Below are positions 51,419 to 61,276 of a stretch of DNA of 64,000 bases, in pieces. The stretch is from a virus, in the IMG/VR virus record IMGVR_UViG_3300031237_000002, positions 1,423-65,422 of that record; one strand, written 5' to 3'. Below the pieces are notes generated by a model that did not search any database, was not told the origin of the DNA, and saw only the letters and a program-made list of their open reading frames with translations. Position 1 is the stretch's first letter. Each line of letters begins with the position of its first letter. Position numbers and translations under genes: made by a program.

Positions 51419-53630
51419 GATCTTGCTCCAAAGTGCCTAATGCCGCTGCGATAAAAATAAAGTCTTCGTTGTCTTGGTTTGGACGGAACCGTTTACGCGG
51501 CCCATCGAGGAATTCAGATCGTAGCGCGCCGGGGCCTTTGCCGTTCATCCGCAACGTGGCCGTAGTCCGGCAATCGAAACCAGCCTCAACGATGGTCGAG
51601 GAATCGAATTCGACGGTTGCTGAAACGATTGCGCTCCACGCACCAGCTCGTATCGTTGGACCCCCTTGTCCTTCCCCTTCCCAAACCAGCAACGCCGCAG
51701 GCGCGGCCAGCCAGTCTGCGCTGATCGTGGCCGTTCCGTTCCATGTCAGGGTTGCAATCGAGGCGCTCGACCATGCGTTTGAGGCTATCGAGGCGCCGTT
51801 CCACAACAGACTGGCAGCAGCAATGGCGGACCAATCAGCCGAGGCGATCCCGGTAGCGTTCCAAGTTTGAACGGCCTGTGCCGCTGCGCTGAATGCACCG
51901 GGGAATATCCCGGTTCCGTTCCACGTAACAGAAGCCACGGCTGTAGAAGACAAGTCAGCCGTCGCGCTCGATGCTCCATCCCAAATAAGATCAGCAGCGG
52001 CGGTGCTTGACCATTCAGCGCTGGCGCTGGCGCTTACTACCTCTTCACCGTTCCAAGTCAGCGTTGCGGCTGGTGTAAGGCTAAGACTGGACGCCGCTAT
52101 TGATGTACCGTTCCATACCAACACTGCCCTAGCTATATCATTAAAAGCAGACGCGGCAATGGATACACCATTCCAAGTTAAAGAGGCAGCGGCTGGCGCG
52201 TTAAAATTAGCCGAAGCAAATGATCTGCCGTTCCATGTCAGGCTTGCCGTTTCAACAGCACTAAAAGCGCCAGCCGAAACAATGGCGCCGTTCCACGTAA
52301 CACTGGCTACGGCGGTAGAACTAAATGCGCTAGCGGTTATGATTACCCCGGCGCCTGTCCACGTTACACTGGCCGTGGCATCTTGATCGAAACGGGAAGC
52401 TGCGAAGGATCTGCCGTTCCACGTAACGCTGGCAGTCGCCGCTGGATTCATCGCTGACGTGGCGGTTGAACGGCCACCCCATGTCACGCTGGAAGTGAAG
52501 GCGCTTTGAACAGTACCACCATCGGCGCGCAGATCCATTTCATTATAAGTAGGATTACTGCCATCGTTGTACATCATGCCGATAACAATACGTCCAGCCC
52601 TTGAGTAGACGTTTACTTTAATCCCGGCGCTGGCTTCTGTAGCGAATAAGGCTGGTGTATCCCACCCAGCACCATCTACATTGGATTGCGTATAAATGTC
52701 GCTGAGCGTGTCAATGAGTACATGCCATAGCGTAGTTTCATCAGCGCAAAAAGCACTTCTGCATGCGCCGCTGTCTACTGATCTGGTGCCAGTTATATCT
52801 GCCGAAACTGAAACAGTAGGCGCATCCGCAGAATCAAATGCAACCTCAGTTACGTTAGCCGTTGTAGAGTCAGAGCTAGGGTATCTTACTTTAGTAGCCC
52901 CACCACTTAAGTAAGCCACCCCCTGCCGTACTTGTGCGATTTGAGTTGAGTTTACAGAAGTGTCATAGGCAGCAGGAAAAGACTCCAGCACGTTGGCGCT
53001 GGTTAAAGTTCGTTGGTAAGCATCCGCTGCCGTGTCATTGATAAAGAAGAAGTGCATCCTGTCACTTGATCCTTTTACGATTGAACCGGCATACCAGTTC
53101 TGGCTGGCGCCGCCATTATCTACAAGGATATCGATAGTCCAAACACCAGCCTCGCGCCGGGCGTAATACACACGCTCCAGACTGGATATACGGTTGCCGT
53201 TGTACAGGACAATTACATCACCGTCATCGCGTACCGCGATGTCGCATTGTGAAGTGGTAGCTGTAACACCTACAGCGTCATCATCAAGGATCAGCTCGTT
53301 GGTAATTACCCACGCGTCAGTGGACATATCAAACGTGTGGTATTTTAAATCAAAGACGGTAGAGCCAGACGAGTCAGCAGATAGGACGTGGATAACGTCA
53401 TCTACTTGGAAAGCCTGCACTGCGCGGATGGTGTTGTTTACGGTAATGTCAGAACCGACGTTGCTAAAGCTGGACGTAGGGTCAGTAGCTTTGAAGGCCC
53501 TTAAAAGTGTGGCCGTTGTGCCCTTACCGAATACGTATACGTTTCCTGTAGACGATATAAAAGGCTCGGTGATATTAAGAATATTACCGATTGCTGATTC
53601 TAAGCCAGTTACGATTACCGGGAGTGCCAT
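51405..53630 (-). CDS. Tail/virion protein: beta-propeller-like N-terminal half plus about 14 x 20-aa SVTWNG repeats
   Basis: 741 aa; repeats at about 51676-52495. Confidence 0.65.
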   Translation of the reverse strand: MALPVIVTGLESAIGNILNITEPFISSTGNVYVFGKGTTATLLRAFKATDPTSSFSNVGSDITVNNTIRAVQAFQVDDVIHVLSADSSGSTVFDLKYHTFDMSTDAWVITNELILDDDAVGVTATTSQCDIAVRDDGDVIVLYNGNRISSLERVYYARREAGVWTIDILVDNGGASQNWYAGSIVKGSSDRMHFFFINDTAADAYQRTLTSANVLESFPAAYDTSVNSTQIAQVRQGVAYLSGGATKVRYPSSDSTTANVTEVAFDSADAPTVSVSADITGTRSVDSGACRSAFCADETTLWHVLIDTLSDIYTQSNVDGAGWDTPALFATEASAGIKVNVYSRAGRIVIGMMYNDGSNPTYNEMDLRADGGTVQSAFTSSVTWGGRSTATSAMNPAATASVTWNGRSFAASRFDQDATASVTWTGAGVIITASAFSSTAVASVTWNGAIVSAGAFSAVETASLTWNGRSFASANFNAPAAASLTWNGVSIAASAFNDIARAVLVWNGTSIAASSLSLTPAATLTWNGEEVVSASASAEWSSTAAADLIWDGASSATADLSSTAVASVTWNGTGIFPGAFSAAAQAVQTWNATGIASADWSAIAAASLLWNGASIASNAWSSASIATLTWNGTATISADWLAAPAALLVWEGEGQGGPTIRAGAWSAIVSATVEFDSSTIVEAGFDCRTTATLRMNGKGPGALRSEFLDGPRKRFRPNQDNEDFIFIAAALGTLEQDHDYY

Positions 53631-53681
53631 GGCAGATCCTCGCGGGTATTCAGATGGATACCCGCATTGCCCTAAGGATCA

Positions 53682-54119
53682 TTAATCCAGCGTGAAGCTG
53701 GATGCAGTGGTCAGCCGTGGTGTAACGTTCTGGCTAAAGTTGATGTTAGGGCTGATCGTACCAGCCGCAATGATCTTGCCAGCAGTCGAAGCGGACGTTA
53801 CACCAATGGAAGCGTGGGTAAACGTACCGGTCGAAGTGGAAGTGTTTTGCGGAAAGTCGATGTTGGCCACTGGCGAAACGCTGTTGTTGGTGACAACCCA
53901 GCCGCCAGTGGTACGCGCTACAGAGATACGAGTGTACTGCGCGTAGCCACCTTCGTTGGTGCCCTGAGTACCTGTGTCGGCTGGGTCAGCCGTGTGCAGC
54001 GAGCACCAAAGGTTAGTGAGTGGTGACGATGCGGCGTTGTCCGCGATGTTGCTGATAGCAACAGCGTTAAAGATCAACTTGCAAACGTCATTCTCAAATG
54101 TGTCTGAAAAGCCAGCCAT
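53682..54119 (-). CDS. Small tail-associated protein
   Basis: LWCSLHTADP...EGGYAQYTRISVAR...GWVV...NIDFP motif common in phage tail regions. Confidence 0.65.
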   Translation of the reverse strand: MAGFSDTFENDVCKLIFNAVAISNIADNAASSPLTNLWCSLHTADPADTGTQGTNEGGYAQYTRISVARTTGGWVVTNNSVSPVANIDFPQNTSTSTGTFTHASIGVTSASTAGKIIAAGTISPNINFSQNVTPRLTTASSFTLD

Positions 54120-54131
54120 GATTAAATCCTC

Positions 54132-54704
54132 TTACGCTGTTTGTTCAAAGGTAACAATATTACCCATTTCGTCACGTTGTGTGACCCTGAATTTCAACAT
54201 AGGTCTAGCTGTTGGTTTAGGTGCTGCCACTGGTGCAGGCTTGGCACTTTGTAGCTTCGACACTTGTTGCTCCAGTTTAGCGCAATTACCTTTCTCTGCT
54301 TCCAATTGAGTTTGCGCCTTGATCTTGTCTTGGCGTTCCGTCGCCATTTGCCCGCGTAGTGCGTCAATCTGACTTTGCATCTGTTCCATTTCGCCACAAT
54401 GCTTACTACGCATGGCGTCCATTTCCTGTTTAGCCGCATCTTTTACATCCAAGATTCTGGCCGATAAAGTTTTTTGTAATCCTGAAAGCTCCTTGCTTAC
54501 GTCTGCCAACTGCGCCACTAATGCGGCGTTGTCAGCTTCTACCTTGATTCGTTTATCATCAGCCAGTTTAATTTCAGCTTTAGCTTTACGCTCTACATCA
54601 GCCGCGTAGCTGGCCATCATTTTATTAGCGGCATTCTCTGACACTGGTGTATCGGGAATGCTGCCCCGGCCCAACTTCTGCTCCAGCAATTTTAACTTGC
54701 TCAT
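54132..54704 (-). CDS. Coiled-coil virion-associated protein
   Basis: 190 aa, heptad pattern, C-terminal FRVTQRDEMGNI. Confidence 0.6.
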   Translation of the reverse strand: MSKLKLLEQKLGRGSIPDTPVSENAANKMMASYAADVERKAKAEIKLADDKRIKVEADNAALVAQLADVSKELSGLQKTLSARILDVKDAAKQEMDAMRSKHCGEMEQMQSQIDALRGQMATERQDKIKAQTQLEAEKGNCAKLEQQVSKLQSAKPAPVAAPKPTARPMLKFRVTQRDEMGNIVTFEQTA

Positions 54705-57700
54705 TGTGGTGCCTTCCCGCTAATAAGCCCGCGTGCAAACTCAACTGGATTATCAGGCTCTTCTATATGGCCTTGTTCAATCTCGGTCAAGTACCCAATT
54801 GGTTTAGCCAGTGGCGCGACAGGTAAACCAGTCACCATGCCTACAGTCGTCAGCACATCTTGTATAGGGCGCTTTAATCTGGCTTCGTCTTCTGTTGCAA
54901 CTTTCCAAGCGTCATATGGAACTCTTGCAACAGCTTCCAGTGATGATATGGCTGGTGATGCGCTAATGCGGTCATCATACCATTTATCATTGAACATGTT
55001 GATACCGGTCTGTGTCATTGGCCCCAGTACAGGAACCATTGCCGTAGCCATGCGGGCCTGACCACCAAAGAACATGGACAGGATGTTGTCCAGATAACCA
55101 TCATCGTCGTCATCATCGAACGCCGCGCCGCTGACCATCTGCACAATCGCTTCACCAATCACGGCTGGAATCATAAAGCCCATGGCGTATACGTACAGTG
55201 CCCTGCCACCAGATTCAAACCCACTCTTGCGCATTGCCTTGATAAACTCGGTAGCGTTTAAATTACCGGCCATGTTGAAGTAGGAATAGAACATGGCGAA
55301 GACACGCATAAGCGCTGTGCCGGATTCGAAACGCGATACGTCTTCGGCGTGGAACGTGCCTTGAGTTTGACGAACAGCCGAATCTGCTTCGCGTACCGCC
55401 GACTTTTCATCTGCCCCGTTTTGAGTTGCCTGTTCGTAGGCACCACCCCAAGTAATCATATCGACCACGTTCTGCATACCAGTCTGCATGAAATACCCAT
55501 GCTCATTGGCGAAGTCTTTAGCCTTTTTAAACTTGCTTGGGTTAAGTGTTATATTGTCGATGCTCTGCCGAATCTCCATCAACTGCGAAGACAACCGGTT
55601 ACGCATAAACATTGACGATTCGTTTACGTGGCTGGTGTACTCTCTTGGGCTACTGGTGTAACGCCACAAGGCACCAGCCAGATAGCGTGGTTTAACTTTA
55701 AGTGCCGATAAACTTATGCCAGCAATTTGTTGCAGCGCTACTGACACGTTAGCCGCCATCAGTTGCAGGCCGGTATTGGCGCGCACGTTGTGGAAAAACG
55801 AATCCAGCATACGCATGCGCGGGCCTGATGGTTGTTCCACCAGTTGCAGCGCACTACGTTGCAGCCAAGGCATCAGCATCATAGTGCCTACTTCGGTATC
55901 CAGCATGGCCAGCGTGCTACGGAAATTCTTGTTGATTGCTACCCGGCCAATGTCTTTAATGACAGGCTCGATGTGCGTGAAGCGTAACACCTTCTCGATG
56001 TGGCTAGGGATCAGCCCCAGTTCCAATGACAGAGCTTTCCTGTAGCCTTCTGTACGTTGTTTGGTAAAGCCACGGCCTGTCGTTGGGAACATAAAGCTGG
56101 ATGGCCTACCTTCTACTACTTCTTTCTCGGCACGAATGTTCGCGTCTTCAACAATGAAAGGATCTACCAGCGCCGGGAAGTATCCACCGGCAAACGTGCC
56201 GTACGGTGTATTGAGCGGTTGCGCTGTTATCTCATTGAAGAAATAGCCGTACATTTCTTTGTGTGATTTCTGCGCGCCCGGTTTTAATTCACCAAGCAGA
56301 TCCCAAACCTTTTGCACGAATTCATAATCATCCTTAGTTATAATACCAAATTTGTGCATGCGCTCAATAAATTTATCCCAACGTCTGGTATCTAATTCCT
56401 CATTAACTATTACACCCCAGTCTCTACCTACCAAAAGCTTCTGCAAATTGGATTGGTTGCCGGTATGCAGCAGCGCGCCGATCAGTTCGGTTTTATTGGC
56501 GAACTCATAGCCAATTTCTGGCGCGTCAATCTTGCCTACTTTAAAAGTTTCCTTCGGCACTGACTTGGCAATCTCTTCATATTTGCGTAGGATAATGCGC
56601 CGGTCATCACGATAGCGGTCTGCTGCTTCGCTGACTGGCTGCCAGATATAACGACGGAACACGCCTTTGGGGTCGCCGCTGTCCATGGCATCAACCCACG
56701 ATTCGACGCGGCGCAGCATAGCCAAGCCGCCAAGGAATCCCATCTTGGTTTTATCCCAATTAGAAAGTGCCTTGGCATAACCGGCTTTCTTGGTGCCGGG
56801 CTTCACCAGCTCCATGATTACGCTGGACAGCTCGCCTACTATGGTGTCGCGGTCCAGCTTCTCGCCGTCAATCTCAACCTGCCGGGTGCGCCGGGCCATT
56901 GCCCACAGGCCGTCTATCGCGTCATTGACCATCGAGAAGTCAGCCACTGTCAGATCAGCAACAGGGCGCCCATCGCTCGATGCCAGTTCCACCAGCTCTG
57001 ACAGATCCTCAAAGGTTTGTGGATCGTACAAGGACATGGCTTTCATGTAGCTGGCCGCTGTAGCTGATGCGGCACCAATGCCATGAACGGCGGCAACAGA
57101 GCGAGCCGCGTTGACCATGTTCATATCGTAATTTTTAGCCAGCTTGTCGTCAGATTTAGACAGGCGTTTTGTCCAAACCTTAACAGCTTTATCAGCAAAT
57201 GTTTTTTGTGTTGACGCTTCTTTAAACAGAAAGATGTTGAGCATTTTTTTCTGCACGGCATCAAACGCTTTATCCAGATTGCGCCCTGTGCCCATGCGGA
57301 ACTCACGGCCCAGCAGATGATCCTGTGCTTCCTGCCCGGCGCGCAGCGCGGCTTCTTCGTACAGACGTGGATTAAGATCGCCCAGCTTTTGCCGGGAGAT
57401 AATTTGCACGGCGATATCCTTAAGCACAGCTTTGTGTGTCAGCTCGCGTTTAGCGCCAAGGCGTTTAAGAATACGCAGTTCCATATTGAACATGTCAATC
57501 TGTTGCGTGTTCTGAATCTCCATCGCCACTTCCTGTTCTGTCGTGCCTTCGACAATAATGCCGCCGTGCTTCTCGCGAATGCGCCGGGATACTTCCTCAT
57601 TGATGGTATCGTTCAACCGTGGCAGACCGATCAACTGGCGCACCAGTGATTCACCAGAGTCAAAGCCGAACAGCTCTGCAACCACGTCAGGGTGCAGGCC

Positions 57701-60700
57701 GTTTTCCTGATAGCGGAAAGGCAGATCGCTCAACGTAACACCAAGGTCTAAGAGCGCTTGCTTATCGAGCTTAGTCGCTGACATGCCTTCGATTTTAGTA
57801 CCATCAGGTAGAACACCAGACCACAGCCAGTAAGCAGCGCGGTAGATAGGAATCGCCAGAATTTCTTCACGAACAATCGGCGCCAACGCTTTCTTCTCGT
57901 CCCGCCATGCTTGTGTTTTTTCACGGCGCAACTCCTTCATAATCTTGGCGCGGAAATTATCCTCGGATATTAATTTAGCTTCCTCTGCCAAATTATTATA
58001 CGCGGCGTATTCTTCGCTGGTCATCATGGTTTCGTCCATCAGCTTGATGTCGTAACCATTACGCGAACGGGCTTGCTCGATGGCAGCATCCGTAGCAATC
58101 AAGCGGTCCATCACTTCCCTTACTTCTGGTGTCAGGGTTACGTCCAACATAACCATGCTTTTATAAATACGGCTCAACCAGTTTTTAAGCTGGTGGAATA
58201 CAACGCGCAGTTGGAACGAAGGCGCTTTGCCTTCCATTAAATAAGCTTCGAATCCACGCGCAAACGCTTCGTGTGATTCAGTGGAAATTTTATCGTCCGT
58301 TGCACCAGTCCATTCCTTGATGGTAGCCCAGTCAGATTTAAGGCTATCTGGTGCATCAGGCCGTAAAGCGTCCGCCCTTAATTCTTCCAGCCAGATGTGT
58401 GCGCTTTCGTGGGCGAACGTACTGGCGTCAGCGTTTTTAAGCAGCGCGATCAGGTTCTTGATTGGCACCGATGCGCCGCGTTCGCCTTGGAACAGCACGC
58501 CCTGCCCGGCATCGATTTTGGTTGGCAGCCGGATTTCCTCACTGGCGCCAAGATCCCACACGGCTTTCTCACCCAGCATTTCACCCTGAGCAATCGCCAC
58601 ATCGCGTGGCAGCACGTTGGTGATGTCGATGTAGCCTTTACCAGACTCACTGTCTACCCACACGCCCAGTGCCGCGTTGGGGTCAGCCTGAAAGATATCC
58701 CGGTTGCGCCGCATGAATGTTTCTAGCTCATGTGACGTTGGCGCACCCTCGGTCACGACGCCCCGTTGTGGGTAGCCTGCCACGGCCACGCCTTCGGTTC
58801 CGGCCAGATTGCCGCGTACCGGGTGTATGGTCCCGCCGAACACGCCGAACGCTGCTTGGCTGGCTTCACCAGCCGCCACAGCAGCGATAGACGATCCGCG
58901 TTCCTCTGGTGTAGCAGGCGGCAGATTGATTTCGCCACCTTCCAAATCCAGCGCTGGCCGATCAGGCGTAGGGATAGCAGGTTCAGCCAGTGATTGATTG
59001 TGCACTTCCATTTGCTGCGCCACTTCTGGTGGCAAGTCGCGTTGAATGGTCAACGGCTGTTCGTTATACAGCACCAGTGGATCAACACCCAGCCGTTCCG
59101 CCCGGCTGCGCAGGCGCTCACGCCAGAGCGTGGCATCGCGAACGGCTTCCTGTTCGCTGGTGCCGATCTGGCGCAGCTTGGTGTAGATGTCTTGGTAGAC
59201 CGTAGCCAAGGGGGCTTCCTCGGCTACCTTGGCTGCGAACTCTTTTTCCAACCCGGCCAATATAACTGGCTCTGAGTCCGCCACTTGAGCGGCTTCGGTT
59301 GGTGTCATTTCCCCCGGATTCAACCGGATGTGCGGGACAAGCTTTTCGTGGAATGGCGTTCCCGCCAGCTTTTCCGCATATGTTTCAAGAGGGACGACCA
59401 GATCGCCGCCCGTAGTTTGCGCTTCCTGATATTGATTGAGATTGCCAAATACTTCTTGCGCTGCATTAGGTGCACCATCTTGAAATAAAGCGTTCCAGCT
59501 TTCTATTGGAATAAAGACATCCTTAACTACTTGGTTGTTGTCTTTTAGATGTTTCACATAATCACCAAAAGCCGCTGGTGAATTCTTGAACGTACTGGAG
59601 CTATTAGCCAAGTCCCCCAAGCTGTGCATAAACTCTTCGTTCTGCGCTGCCTTTTCCATGTCAGCGTACAACTCGATTACCCGTGGCCCTGATGCCAGCG
59701 CGCCTAATACCACTGTGCCTTTAAAGGCAGCAGTGGATTCGGCAACAATGTCTTTCGCATCCTGCCCGCTGACACCAGCTCCCATATCCCCAGTGGCGGC
59801 TTCCCTACCGACAATGGTGATAAACTTTTGCATGCCTTCGGTGAAAGTTTCAGTACCGACAGCCGCCGCGTACTTTTTACCGAAGTCTTTCATGGCAGCC
59901 ATAACGGTTGGCTTAACCAGAATCTGTTTCAATTCATCAGTGGTGAATTTACCGATTACTTTATCAATGCCGGGGATGGCTTTGATAGATGTCCTTAACG
60001 ACGCGAACTCAAGCACTGAGTTAGGCACGGCCACCAGAAGTGAAGCGTATCGCGCAGCAACAGGGTCAATACGATTTCCGTCAACATCTTTAGCATCCTC
60101 AAGATCATCGTAGGCATCGCCCACACTCTGTTTATAAATCTGCTCGATGTAAGAAGCGTGGAACCCGGCTTTGAAACCACCCACTGCACCAGCCGCCGCG
60201 CCGCCCGGTACGGTAGCAAATGCGCCGGGGCCACCCAACAGGCCAGCCGTGGCACCAATCGCCGCACCAGCCGGTACGCCAAACTTGAGCGCCGTTTCAC
60301 CAGCCTCGATGGTCATTGGCACATTCATGCCAACGATATTCGCCGCCGATTTAAACCAGCTCGGTGCGCCTTCGTCGAACTGCTGCGCCTTCTCTGCTAA
60401 TTTTTTCTTAAGGTCGGCGCGCTCTATTTCTTCTTGCGGGGTGATGTCACCAGTTACGGCTTTATACCCAAGGCCCATTAATCTTTCTTGTTCGCCGCCT
60501 TCACCGAACCCGTGGGGAATAGCTTGCAGCGTAGCCCACGACTGTTCCAGAGCCGATAAATTCTCATAATCGCCCTGAGCCAAAGCAGCACGAGTAGGAT
60601 TTTTAGAAAGCCATTCAGCAAGTAAAGGAGACTGTCTGCGAAACGATTCGGGGTCGAAGTCTTCCTGTTTAGCCTTCTCTTCGATTTCATCTAAGTTACG

Positions 60701-61276
60701 CTCAATCAAACCGGCTGGCAGCCCTGTGCGCAACTGCATATTGTAAATACGCGAAGCTTGGTCTATAGGCTTTGGGTCCAAGACAGATGCACGCAGTACA
60801 TCGTCTTCGTGGTTGTCAGAGAATAGGGCAGCCGCAGACTTGCGGCGCTCTCCTTGAGCGCCGGGGAACAAACCCTCAATCGGCGATACTGGTTCTTGAT
60901 CCTGATTATCGAAAGCGTTGCTGCTGGACAACACACGCTGTGTGTACTGCTCCATAACCTGTGACAGATAGTTGCGGGTTTCTTCCGGCATAGCACTAAT
61001 ACTGCCGCGCTCTTTCAGCCTGCCCGGTCCACCGTTATACGCGGCGATGGCCATCTCTGGATCACCACCAAACTGATCCATAAGTCTGGTCAGGTAACGC
61101 CGGGCGCCTTCGCGTGCTTCTGGTTCATTGAATGGATTTTTAACGCCGTACTCTTCCGCCGTATCATCCATAAATTGATACGGGCCTTTAGCGCCTTTAG
61201 GGCTTACGGCCATATTGTTTCCGCGCGACTCAACATGCTTAACTGAGTCCAGCAGAATTTCCATATCAAGACTCAT
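54701..61276 (-). CDS. Large internal virion/ejection protein (2191 aa): SLT lytic transglycosylase plus polyvalent-protein-like domains, copy B
   Basis: VESRGN...GAKGPYQFM...AAYNGGPG (SLT); FAHESAH (HExxH) and HEAFARGFEAYLMEGKAP; last ejection-gene position. Confidence 0.85.
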   Translation of the reverse strand: MSLDMEILLDSVKHVESRGNNMAVSPKGAKGPYQFMDDTAEEYGVKNPFNEPEAREGARRYLTRLMDQFGGDPEMAIAAYNGGPGRLKERGSISAMPEETRNYLSQVMEQYTQRVLSSSNAFDNQDQEPVSPIEGLFPGAQGERRKSAAALFSDNHEDDVLRASVLDPKPIDQASRIYNMQLRTGLPAGLIERNLDEIEEKAKQEDFDPESFRRQSPLLAEWLSKNPTRAALAQGDYENLSALEQSWATLQAIPHGFGEGGEQERLMGLGYKAVTGDITPQEEIERADLKKKLAEKAQQFDEGAPSWFKSAANIVGMNVPMTIEAGETALKFGVPAGAAIGATAGLLGGPGAFATVPGGAAAGAVGGFKAGFHASYIEQIYKQSVGDAYDDLEDAKDVDGNRIDPVAARYASLLVAVPNSVLEFASLRTSIKAIPGIDKVIGKFTTDELKQILVKPTVMAAMKDFGKKYAAAVGTETFTEGMQKFITIVGREAATGDMGAGVSGQDAKDIVAESTAAFKGTVVLGALASGPRVIELYADMEKAAQNEEFMHSLGDLANSSSTFKNSPAAFGDYVKHLKDNNQVVKDVFIPIESWNALFQDGAPNAAQEVFGNLNQYQEAQTTGGDLVVPLETYAEKLAGTPFHEKLVPHIRLNPGEMTPTEAAQVADSEPVILAGLEKEFAAKVAEEAPLATVYQDIYTKLRQIGTSEQEAVRDATLWRERLRSRAERLGVDPLVLYNEQPLTIQRDLPPEVAQQMEVHNQSLAEPAIPTPDRPALDLEGGEINLPPATPEERGSSIAAVAAGEASQAAFGVFGGTIHPVRGNLAGTEGVAVAGYPQRGVVTEGAPTSHELETFMRRNRDIFQADPNAALGVWVDSESGKGYIDITNVLPRDVAIAQGEMLGEKAVWDLGASEEIRLPTKIDAGQGVLFQGERGASVPIKNLIALLKNADASTFAHESAHIWLEELRADALRPDAPDSLKSDWATIKEWTGATDDKISTESHEAFARGFEAYLMEGKAPSFQLRVVFHQLKNWLSRIYKSMVMLDVTLTPEVREVMDRLIATDAAIEQARSRNGYDIKLMDETMMTSEEYAAYNNLAEEAKLISEDNFRAKIMKELRREKTQAWRDEKKALAPIVREEILAIPIYRAAYWLWSGVLPDGTKIEGMSATKLDKQALLDLGVTLSDLPFRYQENGLHPDVVAELFGFDSGESLVRQLIGLPRLNDTINEEVSRRIREKHGGIIVEGTTEQEVAMEIQNTQQIDMFNMELRILKRLGAKRELTHKAVLKDIAVQIISRQKLGDLNPRLYEEAALRAGQEAQDHLLGREFRMGTGRNLDKAFDAVQKKMLNIFLFKEASTQKTFADKAVKVWTKRLSKSDDKLAKNYDMNMVNAARSVAAVHGIGAASATAASYMKAMSLYDPQTFEDLSELVELASSDGRPVADLTVADFSMVNDAIDGLWAMARRTRQVEIDGEKLDRDTIVGELSSVIMELVKPGTKKAGYAKALSNWDKTKMGFLGGLAMLRRVESWVDAMDSGDPKGVFRRYIWQPVSEAADRYRDDRRIILRKYEEIAKSVPKETFKVGKIDAPEIGYEFANKTELIGALLHTGNQSNLQKLLVGRDWGVIVNEELDTRRWDKFIERMHKFGIITKDDYEFVQKVWDLLGELKPGAQKSHKEMYGYFFNEITAQPLNTPYGTFAGGYFPALVDPFIVEDANIRAEKEVVEGRPSSFMFPTTGRGFTKQRTEGYRKALSLELGLIPSHIEKVLRFTHIEPVIKDIGRVAINKNFRSTLAMLDTEVGTMMLMPWLQRSALQLVEQPSGPRMRMLDSFFHNVRANTGLQLMAANVSVALQQIAGISLSALKVKPRYLAGALWRYTSSPREYTSHVNESSMFMRNRLSSQLMEIRQSIDNITLNPSKFKKAKDFANEHGYFMQTGMQNVVDMITWGGAYEQATQNGADEKSAVREADSAVRQTQGTFHAEDVSRFESGTALMRVFAMFYSYFNMAGNLNATEFIKAMRKSGFESGGRALYVYAMGFMIPAVIGEAIVQMVSGAAFDDDDDDGYLDNILSMFFGGQARMATAMVPVLGPMTQTGINMFNDKWYDDRISASPAISSLEAVARVPYDAWKVATEDEARLKRPIQDVLTTVGMVTGLPVAPLAKPIGYLTEIEQGHIEEPDNPVEFARGLISGKAPQ

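Noticed and set aside
49117-53630. Diversity-generating retroelement as in BPP-1-like podophages
   Set aside because: No reverse transcriptase and no template/variable repeat pair differing only at adenines.
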